This document shows positions 42,701 through 57,395 of a DNA stretch of 64,000 nucleotides, one piece after another (position 1 is the stretch's first letter; every line of letters begins with the position of its first letter). Under the pieces are notes generated by a model that had not been told where the DNA came from, did not search any database, and saw only the letters and a program-made list of their open reading frames with translations. The position numbers and the translations under genes are program-made. The DNA lies in assembly GCA_973895155.1 (NCBI GenBank), contig OZ316897.1, forward strand, positions 310,001 through 374,000, read 5' to 3'. Source of the DNA: Marsupella aquatica (taxonomy: Eukaryota > Plantae > Marchantiophyta).

Positions 42701-45700
42701 GAGAGAGAGGCTAAAGAAACGCCAACTGACAAGACACATAACAACCACATCAAAAATTAGTCTGTCTTCATGGAAAACAAGTTTCCTAAGTCATTGTTCA
42801 GAACAAGCCCGAAATCTAAGAAAAAGAGTAAATGCGTAAATCGCTATCTCAATATTGACCAAAGGACTTACCTGACAAAAACTCTCTCCCCAATTTCACG
42901 CTTGCCAAGCTAGCAAAGAATTGATAACGCAGTTTTGGGGAAAGTACCTGTGAGACTGTACAAGATGAAGGCAGTCAATGCTCCGGTGGTCATCTGTCCG
43001 TTGATCGTAAGATGAGCTCCATACACGACAACAGCAACAATTGCAAGAGTAGCCGCTGCTGAGACACCTCCAGAAAATAACCCTGAAACAAACTGCAGCA
43101 TAGTCGTCCAATGAGATTGCAGTTTTAGTTCATTTGCACGATGCTGAGATGCATGAGCATTACAGGTATTGCTCATGAGCATTACAGGTATTGCTCTTGA
43201 CAGTAACCAGAAAAGACAACCAAATTTTGTAGATAGTCCACCCAGACTACATCAAGAGCCATGCTTTAAACGACGATAAAGAAAGTTTTGAAACATACAG
43301 CCTGAGTCAGCCCAAGTTTCAAACTTTCATCTACTCGTTTCCCATATCGATCCGACTCATATTCTTCCTGTGCAAATGATCTTACAGTACGAACGGCTCC
43401 AAACGATTCCTGCCAATTTGAGGTCAATTTCATGAATCAAACACTTGTTCAAGGGCAGATGACAAACAGAGTCATCAATTAAAGTGAATGTTCTTCACGA
43501 TACCTCTGCGATCGATGCAGCCACAGCTGATGCTGCCTGTGTCTTATGGGAAAGTTCACGAAGGTATTTGCCAAATGCACGAATACCTAATGAAATACCT
43601 GGGACGACCAATAAAGCCAACACTGCATACCAACCCTTCGAAGTAAGTATGCTCTTTAGATTTGTCCATCATTGTAAATTTCATGTTCAGACCAGTAAGA
43701 CACCTGAACTACTTAGGATGGATAAAGAAGCGATAAAAGAAGCAACGCTGATCAGAAACACAGATGCAATCATTTGTTCTTCCCTACAGCAGAGTAATTA
43801 CTAAAATTTAATCGTTCACACTGTTCCAATCTCACTCGTACCAATCTCAACAATCCTGGTAGCACATTTAGACAGATTAAATTAAATTTGAACAGAGAAA
43901 GTACGTTTAAAAAACTTCGGGTCAGCTAAGAAAAAGAGTCGTTTTGAATAACATTTCAATCATGAAGATTCATTATGAGTATTTGATAGAGACATACAGC
44001 CCCTACAACGTCTGTAATGATTAAGAAGTACAGCCAATGAATGAGGAAAACCGTTTGCAAAGCAATCCCAAAGCCATCCCCAAACTGTTTTACAGAACTC
44101 CAGAAACTAAGCTGGCAGCAAATTGTTGGAGTTTTCGCAACCTGAGATGAGACTTACAAGTAAGTCGCCAAGATGTCTGAAACATAAACCCAATGCCTAT
44201 CAAAGATGTTGCGAGACTCCTCAAAGTTTCGGACAAGTTGATGGTTGCAGCATTTTTTATGACCGATGTGTCCTCGGACAGTCGATTCAACAACTCTCCA
44301 GTTCTAGTAACATCAAAAAACGCTATCTCCTGCACAGGATTACAAGCTTGAGATTTTTAAGATCTTGTGAGAAGATGTCACGGCAGAGACTGATGCATGA
44401 CACTAACCAATCAGGATTTAACCGACGAAACATTAGCTTGTCAGTAAAATCAATCTTTGATTTGTAGTGAGATGCTTTATCCAAAAACTTGCATGTCACC
44501 TGGTTAATCAGCTGGCTAAACAAATTCTTCTTCAGTCTTGCGACAACACGTTCACTGGCTGCTGTGAAAAGATATGCCCTGATAGTTGTTGCAACTGAAC
44601 TGCACAGATCATACAATCATTCCTTCTCGTCAGATGTTCTCAAACATTCTTAACCATAGCTAGTAATACGGCTCAATAGAAATTGTAGCTTGAAATTTAA
44701 AAACTAGATACAAATCAAGAAAGCCGCGAGTTGAGAAGCAGATCAACAAGCTTATGCGCACTTGAACACGATTATCTGCCTAACGTCAAGATACCTAGTC
44801 TTGACTGACGCTGAAAAGTTAAGTGTCTAAACGAAGGGGTTCTGCCCCGGAAACGTGAAGCACGAGCATAGTGAAATTTTGGTCAGCAAAGTTAAAGGGA
44901 ATCTCTGTACAGTGCACCACGCTTACCCAACGGTAACTATCACTACGATTAATAAGATTGTGCTGTTGACGTCATGCAAAGCTTGCTCTTTGCTCTCGTC
45001 TGAAGATGCATTAGCCGTCACAATATCGATAACTTTGCCAGCAAACGTTGGCTGTGGACATTTGACAAGAATTACTCTGTAAGACCTCTTTGTCACTTAA
45101 AAGCAGGATTGCAATATCATCTTGCAAAAGCAGGTTTCATAACACAAGACAAAAGTCCCGTGACAATCATGACGGTCGCTTGCTAAAACACAGAGAAGAA
45201 CGAAGCTTATTGCCCAGCGAACATAATTTAAACCAAAATATACTCAACAGAGTAATCCATCAAAGCCATAAAATCCTGCGAGACGCGCTACATGTGCCAC
45301 CTTGGAGCTCGGTGAGAAGAGCTATTCCGTGCATGCTTATCACAACAGTTAATCACAGTCCAGCCATTAACCAGAATATTGAATTGCAAAACGCGACCTA
45401 CCAGCAATATATTCGACAAAGAAGAGACAAAAAGAGCAACAGTCGCCAACACCAACATAAGCGCCTCCGGTCGAGCAAGTTGTAGAATTCGACCAAATGA
45501 GACTTTTTTAGCCTGCGTGATAGCAAACAAAGATTCCGTGACTCTCTAGAAAAGTTCCACTCGAAGCGCGCATAGCTTCATCACCAACAGGAATATAAAT
45601 ACTTGTGAGACAATGGTTAAAGAGACAAAAGTAGCACGAGAAAATCGAAAGGAAGTAAGCAATTGCTGTACCTTGACAGCATCTCCATGCTCAAGATCAG

Positions 45701-46752
45701 ATATTACCACTGGCCCATCCGGTTTTTCTCCTGATTTATCATCTTCTCTTTCCTGCTGCGCGCCACGTAGATCAATGTGATGCAATCTGATGATAACGTT
45801 TCTATACTGCTGAGCAGATTTTGAAAGGGATTAGACAGAGTGGGCTATCAAGGGCTCCAAAATTACAAATGACTGCGGGTTGAACGTTGTGATCTCGAAG
45901 AAGGGTGACCTAGGTGTTTGCAAATTCTGATCCACGGGCTACTGAGTACTCCAATTGTGTAGTAATTGAAGTATCACCCTTCGAATATCGCTCACAAACC
46001 TTATTATAAAAGCAACATTGCTGACATTGTACGGTGTTCCAGTAGAGGTGATAACGTGTCTTGCTGACCCTGGCTCCACCTCATTGCTGCCCGAAAGACG
46101 GTATGAAGTGTGATGGGTTGCAACATTGCCTGGAAGACATTGTCCAGCTAAGAAAACCAGAGCCCCCTGTCCACGAGCAGTAACTACGGCCAACAGATGA
46201 CCTTAAGGACTAGTTTTTGACTGAGCTGGTCCTAAATGTTCAAAAATCAAGAAATTACAGCTTCCAAGACTGCTTTTCAACTCAGTTATGATTGTATTGG
46301 ATCAAAAACACATGCCCAACATCAGGTTAACTTGAACAGAAGGACTGTACCCAAAATCCATACAAAAGCGAGACCCGGTTTACAAAACAATTACAGGTGG
46401 CGCACGTGATCTTCCGATAACAATTTTTTCGCCCACAAAAGTAAGGTGACTCCAACTATCTGAATGTCCATGAGATACATGTAAAAAGCCATATGATCCT
46501 TCATTTTCGGCTGGTTTCGAAGAAGGTGAACACTAGCAATTGAAGAATTGCGATCACTCCTAGCATTGTACTCTTCCAAATAGCTACTGTAGCACATGCG
46601 TATAAATCAAAATTGATCAGGACCAGATTGCAGGCATCAGTAGGGATCGCAGCTCCTAGCACCTGTATCCATCGAAGCATCCCCTCGCTTACCTTTCGCT
46701 TCGGCTCAGACAACAGGGGCGTCCGCAGGTTGGTTCCCGCTGGAGCTCCCAT
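39755..46752 (-). CDS. ABC transporter B family half-transporter, ABCB27/TAP2/ALS1-like, multi-exon
   Basis: [24 protein letters not shown]; [14 protein letters not shown]; [22 protein letters not shown]; [15 protein letters not shown]; Walker A GPSGGGK (~41270-41292); Q-loop VSQEP; [14 protein letters not shown]; [11 protein letters not shown]; IAHRLSTV; stop 39755-39757. Start codon approximate. Confidence 0.93.
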
Positions 46753-49700
46753 ACTTCTCAAGCCACCAAGCACAGCACTTTCTTGCCACGCACTGTGCGT
46801 AGTTCCAAAACAGCCCTTCGATCGGGAAATATCTGCTTAACAGTTCGCACCCATTCTGTACCTTGCAAGAACGACAGCGAAATCACCAATTAGAATCACA
46901 AACCGTTTTCGCTCCAATCAGCCAGTATGATGGTGTGTCACTGTCAACCTCATAGCCTCTCTCACGATGCATGGGAACAGTAGGATTCAAGCACTACTGG
47001 CTCGAGGAAGGCACCGAGAGGAGAGAGCGATCGCGTATGTTACCATGATCTCCACTCGCCCCCTGGGATGGACGATGAAGATGCAAACTCATCATGAATC
47101 GCATACCACAGCCCGACTCTGGATGGAAATGAAATAGAATGAAGGAAGGGCTAGGTTTTAGGGAGAGTGAAAGGCAACTACTCGACAGATATTGAGGAAA
47201 CAGAACATGGTTCAACAAAAGTTCCAAACTTCTGTCTAGACAATGCGGAATCAGCCTTCTACACAATTTACCAGAACGTATTCTAGAGGATTCCCCGACC
47301 GGAAATAAAACGGACTAGTGAGAGGTTTTCCTAATCTCCTCTCTGGATTCAGGAATTGTGTCATGTCTGTATCACATCTGCCGCCCTCGTCTAGAGTATC
47401 CGAGACCATGACAACACATTGAATTCATAACTGTACAGTCCAAGCTGATGGCAGATGCCTTCATAGACGGGCTGGCGATGTTGAAAAAACTAAAAAAAGC
47501 TTGTAAGGCCACTGATTCATGGACCACAAATGTAAGAGCAATCAAAGCCATAATTGCGGCTAACGTCAAGTGACCTTAAAAAAATTTGTGTTGCAGTGCA
47601 GACATCCCTAGGGGCTTTGTTCGAACAAATCCCATTTCATATCGTGAAGGCACCAGAAATCAACGACGATACGACAATTTTACATCATTGGAAAAATCGG
47701 AATCCATCAGCTTCTCCCTCTTGCACGAGAACGAGAATAAGTTGAACAGACGGATCTGGTCTGACTTGGGAAACACGTCTGCGACAGTGTTGTCGGACCA
47801 ACTCAATCGTCTATGACTGACCTCCACCATTTGTTTACTAAGTGAAACAAAAGAAATGTGGCGCTCATAGACAATCTACCTTGAAATTCGACGTCAGAAA
47901 TCCACTGCTGCTACACCAAGCTGTTGGGCCAGCGAGAAGCACAGAGATACTCCAGGAAGTCTGCTGAGTGTCACCTCGCCTCCACCTTCATCACTGAGTA
48001 GTCGCTTGCCAATCGCCCACCTTCATCACTGAGTAGTCGCTTGCCAAACGCACTGTGGACACCATTCCAGCAGTAGACTCGACTGGAAACTTTCTCCACA
48101 ACCTTTCTGCTGAATTTCTGTTGTTTCAAGTCACTACAGTCCAGAGTGCAGGCGTCAATGCGTTCTGTGGAAGGTTCCGGCTGCGTGAGTTGGGGTCCAC
48201 GCGTCGAATCCAAAGAATCACTGGTCGCCAAACTATTATGCATGACAAAGCATCTGAAATTGCCTCAATTTTGACCACGAATGTAAACCTTCAAAACCGA
48301 TGACGGCTGATTTTCCAACGATGTCAACGTGTGTGAATGCATTCGCATCATTCTAGCTCAGATCGACAGAATAATTAGGTCAGTGGCTTTGCCCCCATCG
48401 ATAGAATCATCAGGGCCTGCCATATCTATATTTTTGATGGTGGTGGCCTCTTCACAAGTCCCTAGGAGTTGCACCAAATGGACATTGCACTAGATCATGA
48501 GTGCACCAAATGGACATTGCACTTATCCATATTCTCACAAAGTGACACCAAAACAAAATGATTTGAAAACGTTAGACCTATTGGCAAAACGCCATGACTG
48601 GTTCTGTGCAATTTTTGCAAAAAAGTTGTAGAAAAGAAAACTTGTTTAAGTAGGCATTATCTGTGACTCTATTTTGACAAAACTGGGCACGAAATGAAGA
48701 AAGCCGCACAAAAGATGAAGTTTGCATGAAAGCTAGATTTGGCACCAGAATCGATGTAAAAATGTATCTCAGACTTAGAAAACAAACAAACTCCTACACA
48801 TACAAAGGTTATGAGTTTCCAGGTAGGTCTACCGCAATTATCAAGTGTTATTGGGGGAATGCTTGAGAAACATTGCATGGAGGCAGTTGATATCCAAATT
48901 TTTTTTTTTTACTATTCTCACTAGGAATTAATTGTCTGTCAGACTCTTATGGGATGGTGCAAGATGGTCCCAAAAAGACAAGGGTCCTAAAGTAGGATTG
49001 AGATACTGCAGCTGACTCTTTCAAAAATTATTCCCAAGAAATTTGCTCTTTCGTTCATTTTGCATCTTTAATGGCTTCTTGTTGGGGTTCTTGCTAAGTA
49101 TGAACCATCTTACATAGCATTTTTTGTAACCTTTATACTTGTTAGATACTTTTGTGTGTGTGTGTAGAACAGAGAGAGGGCAAAATGCAATAACCAAGAC
49201 AAGACCATCATTATTTATTAATCATAGTTCCACAGTGAGCTTGGATTATGTGGCCAATTGAGCAAGCAAGCACAGTCAGTGCTCAAGAATGTCCAAACTC
49301 AAACTGGCAGAAGGGATTTATTCGCTGGGTTTGCTCGCTGGGTTTGCCTGTCCCTACACTAAAGGTCGCCCACACCTTGGTACTATTTTGTTTCTCCTTG
49401 TGGATGGGCAGACACCAATTCTTTCCTAGAACCCTTTCTTAGCTCAGAAATATGAAAAGAAGCATCATGTTGCTTACATTGATCAATGGTCTGGGCAGGC
49501 AAGGACCCCTGAAAACTTACCCTTTTAAGTTTGGTTCTGTAACTTAAAGTCCTTGTGGAGGGGATTTAATGTCGGAGGGTCTTTCATTGGGAAAGTCCTG
49601 GGCAAGGAGAGCTCTGCTATGCTTTGGGTCCATACTAGTAACTGCACATCAAAACGTGAGAATATAAATTAAGTGTCCTATATACACTGTACCATGATAG

Positions 49701-49890
49701 ACCAATTTACTTTGTTTATATCACTGAGAGCTATTCTAAATATGTATCTGGTTGTCAGATTTTGATGTGCAATTATTGAGACGCCTTTGCTTATGGTGAG
49801 TAGTTTTCAAGATTTAGTTATAACAAAATATAGAATGCATTTTATGAATATGCTCTCAAGAGCATTTCGTGACAACCAATGCCTCATACT

Positions 49891-50260
49891 TGTTGAACAA
49901 AACAATTGTCACTCGTAAGACAACATGTACATATGCAACATGCACTAAATACAAGAGTCAACATAGGAAATATGTGGTTCATTTCATCAGAGGAAACGTC
50001 CATAAGAACACACAAGAAAGTTTTACTAAACTCTAAGCCCTGCTAGTCATATCTAGTGTCCACACAAGAAAGTTTCACTAAACTCTAAGCCCTGCTGGTC
50101 ATATCTAGTGTCCACAGACTAAGCTCTTCCTATCTCCCAACTACTGTAAGTCTCTAAGTGTATATAGTAGTGACTCATCTAACCTTAGCCAAACACATGG
50201 TTACAGTTAGACTAACTGTGGTTATATAATAACTCTAGACCTAATAGTAAATATCTAACA
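49891..50260. mobile_element. Solo LTR (370 bp) with an internal ~51-bp tandem duplication
   Basis: TGTTGAA...TCTAACA ends; flanks ATACT/ATAAT (4 of 5 TSD match); CACACAAGAAAGTTT..CATATCTAGTGTC duplicated at ~50009-50115; similar to 59755-60095. Confidence 0.7.
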
Positions 50261-51353
50261 ATAATGTATCTTCTTGAGCATTGCTATAAATAAAGGTTGC
50301 AATTAATTTTACAAACCAGAATTCTCGACTGGTTTAAAGTTTCCTTGGAATTCTATAGAACACCACATAAGCATTATTAAGGATCCCATGACATTGACTG
50401 TGTCTCCATGGTCTTGTGGGCTATATTTTGGACAACACTATAGTCCAAGTTTTGATGGGCTATTATTGCCTGTAATGCCCTGGTAACATAGAAGTTTTCT
50501 CATGGTAACATACAAATTTTCTTGGTAGTGTGTTCAAATCTCCTTGACTAGTAGAGGACAAATCTTAAAATGGCCTTGTGTGATGGGAGCAATTTACGAA
50601 GTCAAAAATCTTGGAGAGATTTGAGAATATAACAAAGTCTTGTGTTCAAAGGGCATTGTGGGCCATAATGATCCAGTTACAAGACGTCAATTTGGTTTTT
50701 TTTTACTAACTTTAGGGAGAAAAAAAATAGAAGAGAAATTTCAAATTGAGCAGATTCGAAACCTTGACTAGTCGTTCTTCTCAATAAATGCCCTAAACAT
50801 TACAAAGAGAAAAATCACGAAGGTGACTGGCACACTACAGTAGCTCCGCATCAATGGTGGACCTTCAGTCGACTGATTCCCTGGTGGCCAACGGAAGAAC
50901 AGATTGTCTTGAACTTGCAACCTACCATACTGCACTTGCGCAACAAAAAGTTCGTGTTGGTGACTTGATTCTCATTGATTCTCGGTGTATATGTCATTCT
51001 CATTGTCTTACAGTTTCCACGACCCGCCAGAATAAGCTGCCAAGCCGTGGAGAAATTTCCTTCCGGGGTCCTGTTTAAATGATTAATGTCGAGGGCCCTC
51101 ATTGCGCTGCTGAATGCTTCTTGCTGAGTTTGATCTTGCACACCGTCCATGCGTGCCTCGCTCGCTCGACTGAAGAGAAACGGTACATGGGTATCACCGT
51201 AGCGCCGGGCGATCTCTTCAATCTTTCGTTTGACTGAAGACCGACTTGTGCTGATCGATCCGCTTCTTCTTACTATTGAATTGGGAGGATTCACATCCAG
51301 AGTGGAAGCAAGTGGGCCGCGGAAGCCGCCCACTGAGCTCTGTTTCGATTGTG

Positions 51354-54300
51354 ATGTCGCGCAGCAGGTACCCGTGGAAGGCAGCCCTCAAAGCTCTTTC
51401 TGAATGAGATTTTAGTATAGTAGTATGTTTGTTTGCAATTTTGACGATAGGTTTGAGATGCAACGGGAGGGTGGCTTATTTGCAACCAATTGCTTCCTGA
51501 ATTTGTCCACACTCTGGACCCTTGTCGTGGTCTTCATGCGGATGAATGGAACCGCTTAGGGCAAGAACATTCTGTACCGACGATGATTTACGTGAGGCAA
51601 CCTTGGCTTTCCACTACGCCAATTAGAAACCTACCCGCCCACGGGATAGAATACCCTGTCAGTGTGGTAGTATGCTGATGCTTTGCATCCTTGCATTCCA
51701 ACACACAACCTTGCCCGGTCCTCACCTTAAGATTGTTTTCCTCTGAAGCTTTGAACCGATGGTGACTTGATGACGAGTTGTCCCCAGTGATTGAATCAAG
51801 AGGGATTTCCTTGAAGGCCATTCACGATGTCTTGCTTTTGCAAATGATAGCGTTATTGGAGCTGAATCCTGGATCAATCACCGGACCTGGTATTTCGCTC
51901 CATGTAGGTGCAAGACAATGTCTTTATGAATTTGCAACCGCTATTCTTGATATATGTATAGAGCCGTCCGTCTGTCCTTGTATATCTTTCTGACAGGACT
52001 ACCAGTTTAGACGTACGAGCGTGCACTGCGTTTAATAAAATCTCTGGAGTTGTTGGCTGGGTCCTTCTAGTAGAATGCATGGCGATTTTATGCCTGAGCT
52101 AATTTCTTAAGTTAAGAGCCAAACACTCCGACATCCAAATCTTTCCGTTCTCTATAGCTAAGGGCAAGTGGCAGTCACAGGAGGTGCTTTCAGTGGGAAT
52201 GTTTCCGGGCATTGGTTGCGTCCTGACATAAGAATTCGCGGTGATACCATTTCTTTCGAGTAGCCAACATAGATCCATCCTTCCTTACGTATGCAAGGAT
52301 TCCAGAGCTTATTTGTCTGCTTGCACCACGAGCTGTCACTTGCTTAGGTTAGATGATGACTGTACTTTTCTGAGATGCAATTAAAAATGGAGGGTTGGGC
52401 ACGGTTGTGGTTCTTAATCTGACAGGGTGCTGTGCAAGTACTTCATGCATGGAGCATGTCTCAAAGGAGACAATTGTGAATTTTCACACGATTGGAGTGA
52501 CCCGGCTAGTAATGTGAGCTTCACAAATTTTGCTACCGGGTGGTTGTGAAAGATATATCTTCCGAATTGTTGAATGGCGTGCAATTGAGACATTTTGCCA
52601 TCAAGTTTTGCCTCTGGATGGAAAACTTTTCTCAAGCGGGGTTTCTTCAATAGACTACTCCTTTTACAATAGGGAATTTATATTTCACAAGGCCCTTTAT
52701 GTCGTCACCTCAATATACGTTCAAAGAAGGGCAGTCAGGCTAGTTTTCTAAGTCGCACAACACCTGTTGGTGTACAATGTTTCTTGCTTTTCTTAGGGAG
52801 CTCTACCTAGAGATATCATCAGGGCTATATGAATGCACGGAATCAATGCTCACTACGTCTCTTGTATGTCAGGTTTGCACATTTTATCAGCGTGGTTATT
52901 GTTCTTACGGAAATCGATGCCGATATGAGCATGTCAAACTGGAAGACACTCCATTGGCCTCAACGCCTTCGAGAGTTTTGAATACAGCTAGAAAGCCCAA
53001 TGTTGTCAGTAGCCCCATAAGCAAGCCTGTCACCATCCGAAATCCAGCTTCTGTCAGGGAACCCACCAGTGTCGGTAGGAGCCCCGTGGTGGCGGTCACA
53101 GGAGGATTGACCAACAATGGGTTTTTCGAAGCTGAGGGCACGGGGGAGTACTCAAGAATGCACCAGAGCGGGGAGTCTCCAGAATCCGGGTGGCAATTTA
53201 TCTCTGAGAGCCAAGAAGACGAACTATTTTCTATTGAACAGGAAATGGAAGTGGCAAGACTTGTTGATGACAATGATTCTGAAGATGAACCTATTTGTGC
53301 CTCTGCAGCTTCTGGCAGATGTTCCCATGGTACTTCTTGTAAGTACTTGCATGGTGATCTTTGTCCTACTTGTGGAAAGCATTGTCTACACCCTTTACGG
53401 ACACAGGAGAGGGAGGAGCACTTAAGGGTGTGTGCACAGAATAGGAAACGATTGGAAGCCTTACTCATAAGCCAAGACATAGAATGCACTGTGTGTTTGG
53501 AGCGAGTTCTTGCAAAGCCAGTACCGGCAGAGCGCAAGTTTGGGATACTCTCAGGTTGCGACCACCCATTTTGTATATCTTGTGTGAGAGGTTGGCGTAG
53601 TGGTTCACATGCACCAGGAATGGACATAAAGACTGTTGTTCGTGCTTGTCCTGTTTGCCGAGTGGTCTCTCATTATGTGATACCAAGTGTGACGTGGTTT
53701 GCGACGCCGGAGGAGAAAGCAGACATTGTCGATGGGTATAAGAAGAAGCTCAGGTGCAACCCATACCACCCGCCAGTTATATGAATGTGGTTATTTCATC
53801 TGATCGCTGGACAGCGGTAGCTAGGTACTAGGAGTTCCAATACAATTATCTGGCCAGATTGGACGTTCTGTTCGCCATGGTTCTTGATAGCTAGGCTAGT
53901 TACTTCTGGAATGGCAAGGTTGTCCTGACCTCTTTTTTTTTCTCCATGTAGTTCTCTAGACTGCCGGTATTTTGACTATGGAAATGGCACCTGTCCTTTT
54001 GGAACAAGCTGCTTCTACAAGGTATTATACCTCTGTTTCAAACTGAAAGCTTCTTCTGACATTAGGTATTCTAAGTACGAGTGCAAACTCTAACGCTTGT
54101 TTGCACATGTGGCTGTTTATTTGATTCCATGTAAACCGTTGTCACTTGTTCCCTTTGACAGCATGGCTATAGAGATGGAAGACTAGAAGAGATAAAGCTT
54201 CGGCATCTAGGTGCAGCAGATGGCAGTGCAGTAATTGCAAAAAACATACGGTTTGTAATTTTTTATCGGTGTCTTGTCCTGGTCTATTTGTTTCGGGTTA

Positions 54301-54575
54301 GAAAGATCGTTAGCATGGATTTGATATTCTGATAAGATTCCACCATCCTCGTGTTTGGGGTATCGGTTTGTCGCTCGTTTTGTTCAAGTAATAGATTGAT
54401 AAGGCTGGTGAAGTCGAGCTACCTTTAACTTACTAGTATCATCTTATGGCTGCTGATTGCTGTTTGTATTCTTCTAAAGTTTTCCGCATAGGAAATCACT
54501 TCTAACTGCTGGTGCTGTCGTTTCAGGTTATCTGATTTTCTTGGCAAGTTGAACTTGGAGCCTGGGAGAAGTTAA
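51354..54575 (+). CDS. MKRN: Makorin RING-type E3 ubiquitin ligase (CCCH zinc fingers), 6 coding exons
   Basis: MSRSR (51354-51367) | [23 protein letters not shown] (52426-52513) | [59 protein letters not shown] (52873-53752) | [20 protein letters not shown] | [10 protein letters not shown] | LSDFL..* (stop 54573-54575). GT-AG junctions. Confidence 0.95.
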
Positions 54576-57196
54576 CCGGGGTCAATAGTCTTCTCTTAAT
54601 TTGTTAACTTTGCAGGTACTCTTACGACCACTCGATTCTGTACCGTAGGTTGTGTATTGGACAGTTTAAGAGAACGGATGAATGAAAAGTTCACCGGCCC
54701 CAGATTTTCATGGATCAATCAAGGTTCTTGAGACAAACGATGGGCAGCGGAATCAAGCGTCTTAGTTAACGGATCCATAGAATGACCTCGATCACATACC
54801 ATAGATGACGGAGAATGCTTCTCAAGGATAGACGAAGCATAAGAAGACTGAAGGATAGACTTACATGTGGTGCTTGGTGTTGTGGATTCGTACCATGGTA
54901 CTACGGGGCCTTAGTGCTGGGTTGCCAGATGTGTCCGGTGTGTGGTTTGCTCTTAAAAGGTAGTTGTGATGAGCGCATGTGATTCTCTATCTATGCTGCC
55001 TTGGGATGCTCTGTAGTACGGTTCAGAGCTAGAGTGGAGCTTGTTAGTGGAACAGTGGAAAGTCCATCTCTAAAGTCACGTGCATCAGGGAAGAGTTCCT
55101 GTTGGAGATTATATTAGAATGCTAAACCGAGATCGTGTTACATACCATCGGTGGAATTATAGATTAAATGGATAATGATCTGCTGTGCCATGCCAGCAGG
55201 AGCTTGTTTTTGAGCAGCTTTATCGAGAGAGACCTGGTCAGGCATAGTTTGTCGATCAGTAAGGATATGCTTTGTAATACGACTTTAGGCGGTTGAGTTT
55301 AGGAGACATAACGAATTCTTGTGTTCAGATTTGTACTTTATTCCAATGATGTGTCAAAGTTTTGATGGCTGTTAATTTCTGAGATCACGGCTGACACTGC
55401 CAATTGTTTTACTCCACTGAAGGAATACATGCAGGTTCCAGGAGGCGCACCAGAGATAGCATTGCTCCATGATATAATGGACACTGTTTCATCGCTGTGT
55501 AACGATTGTCAATGACTGCAAATTTTAGGTATTTATTTCATATCTCTTTCAATTTGACGTTTTCAGGATGCCAATACCACGAGCGACTCGTGGCAGGCCG
55601 CACGTAAAATCTTTGTCAGTCTTAACTTGAAGGGCAGATGGGAAAGATCTGTGATTTGGAACAATCTTTTGAGATTTTAATGTCGTTTCTCCCCTTCACT
55701 TTTTCAAGTGTTTGTAAGTGTTAAGTCCTATTCTAGTCGTCTGCAGTACGGGTACGGCAAGGATTCTCACTTGTATCTTGTGGCCCTTGTTGTTATAACA
55801 GATTTCATCCAAGGGAACGAAGGTTGTTGACTTTGCATGGTGGCGCCCAAAAAACAGAACTGTCCAAAGGTTGAATCCCTGTAACAGTTCAGTTGTGAGG
55901 ATGTGCATCGTGGGAAAAAGTACGGACAAGTCAAATGATGTAATGCCATGAATCTCAGCATCTAGAAACAAGATTGTGCTTTTCCCAGGAATATTCTGTT
56001 CGAGTCACTCCTCTTCTCTAAGTTATATGTGAATGGCCCCGTGCTTGAATGATGCTTGGGTGATTTTGTTGAGTTGTGTTCCTGAAGGCCGGTGTAGAGA
56101 CTCAGGTTGTTATTTACTCGTGGTGGAAAGCAGGTCTTGCCTGTCTTCCAGCTGACAGATGGGTTTCTTCTTTTTCTCTTTCCCCTGGATTAGAACTCTT
56201 ACTTTTCGGACCTGTGAAATGGGATGCAATCCCCAAAATATACTTGTCTGTGACAGCCTCATCCCTATGTGAACGGAATTATGTGAGGGACCTTGCCTGT
56301 GTAGTTGAAACAAGGACTTAGCATCGTCACCTTCAGACATTGGCAGGTGATCAAGATAGATTATTGTGAACAAGAGGAGTAGTCTTTGATGACGGACTGA
56401 AGTGCAAATGATTCATAATCTGATAACAGACCTTGGCTATCCACTTCTCTAGTTTGGGTTTGACCAGATCTTGTGTTGGAGTAATGATATTGACAATTCT
56501 GCAGCCCTTTCTTCAGAACACTATGCAAAGTACAAGAGTGTTCATCAGGCTTCTGAGATATGACATAATGAAAATTTCAGAGGAGGCCCACGCTTCCTTA
56601 GGAAATAAACATCAATGGCGAAGACGTGTTTTTGTCTACTGGAATATGCCCCGCAATTGACCTTATTTGAGAAATTTTGCTACAAAACCCATGAGGCATA
56701 ATAGTACACCATGGGCCGGCAGTTGTAGTGTACATTTGTCAAATCAAGTAACGTCTATGAGACCTATGGATAAATAGAAGTCCACGCAAGTGTTTACCGA
56801 GGGTGTTCGTGGTTATGAAGTGTCATTTGCAGATGGTTCATAGATATCGTGAATACGGGAGAGGACTCCCAGCAGGACGATCGGCTACCAATTCTCCGCA
56901 GCCTACATTATTTTGCAGCTAGAGACCAGATGCGTAGACTCTTCTCAATTAATGGATCACTCAGGATCTGGCTGTCTAGGCTTACAGGCTAATCCCACGT
57001 TTGCAATGGAGTTCTTTTCTCGAGCATAGTTTGGCCGGTCTTTTGTAGCTTCGTTAGTTCAATCAAAAGCTTGCGCAATGACAAGTTGAATCAAATGCTC
57101 ACGAAGCTTGCGGAATGACAAGAACAGACAAAGGTCATAATCACAGCGCAAAGAGACCGGGGAAGGAACGTTAAAATGTAGCCAGAGACGGGGAAA

Positions 57197-57395
57197 AAGA
57201 CCTTAAGGATGACCATTCAAGAATCTCGTGATATTGTAGACAAATACAGACAGGGTCGCAGTGGCAAGAAATCATAAATCGCATCGGGCCCAGAAACGAA
57301 GACAGAAACATCTCACCTTTTCGTGGATGATAAGCCAGGACTGGACAAGACTTATGTTCCGCCACCTCCGAGAGGGTGTACACAGTCGCCGTGAC
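57197..57395 (-). pseudogene. Cytochrome b5 heme-binding domain fragment (unprocessed pseudogene)
   Basis: VYTLSEVAEHKS, frameshift, SWLIIHEK|gtgag intron, VYNITRFLNGHP*G, with a stop inside the HPGG heme motif. Confidence 0.7.

Noticed and set aside
47982-48520. Small two-copy duplications (~47982-48047, ~48470-48522; also ~43153-43197 and ~58090-58230)
   Set aside because: Ordinary local slippage or repair duplications with no further structure.
50851-51333. 160-aa minus-strand ORF divergent from makorin
   Set aside because: GTG start, no recognisable domain, and it overlaps the presumed makorin promoter/5' UTR.
52905-53627. 240-aa antisense ORF
   Set aside because: Shadow of the large makorin exon.
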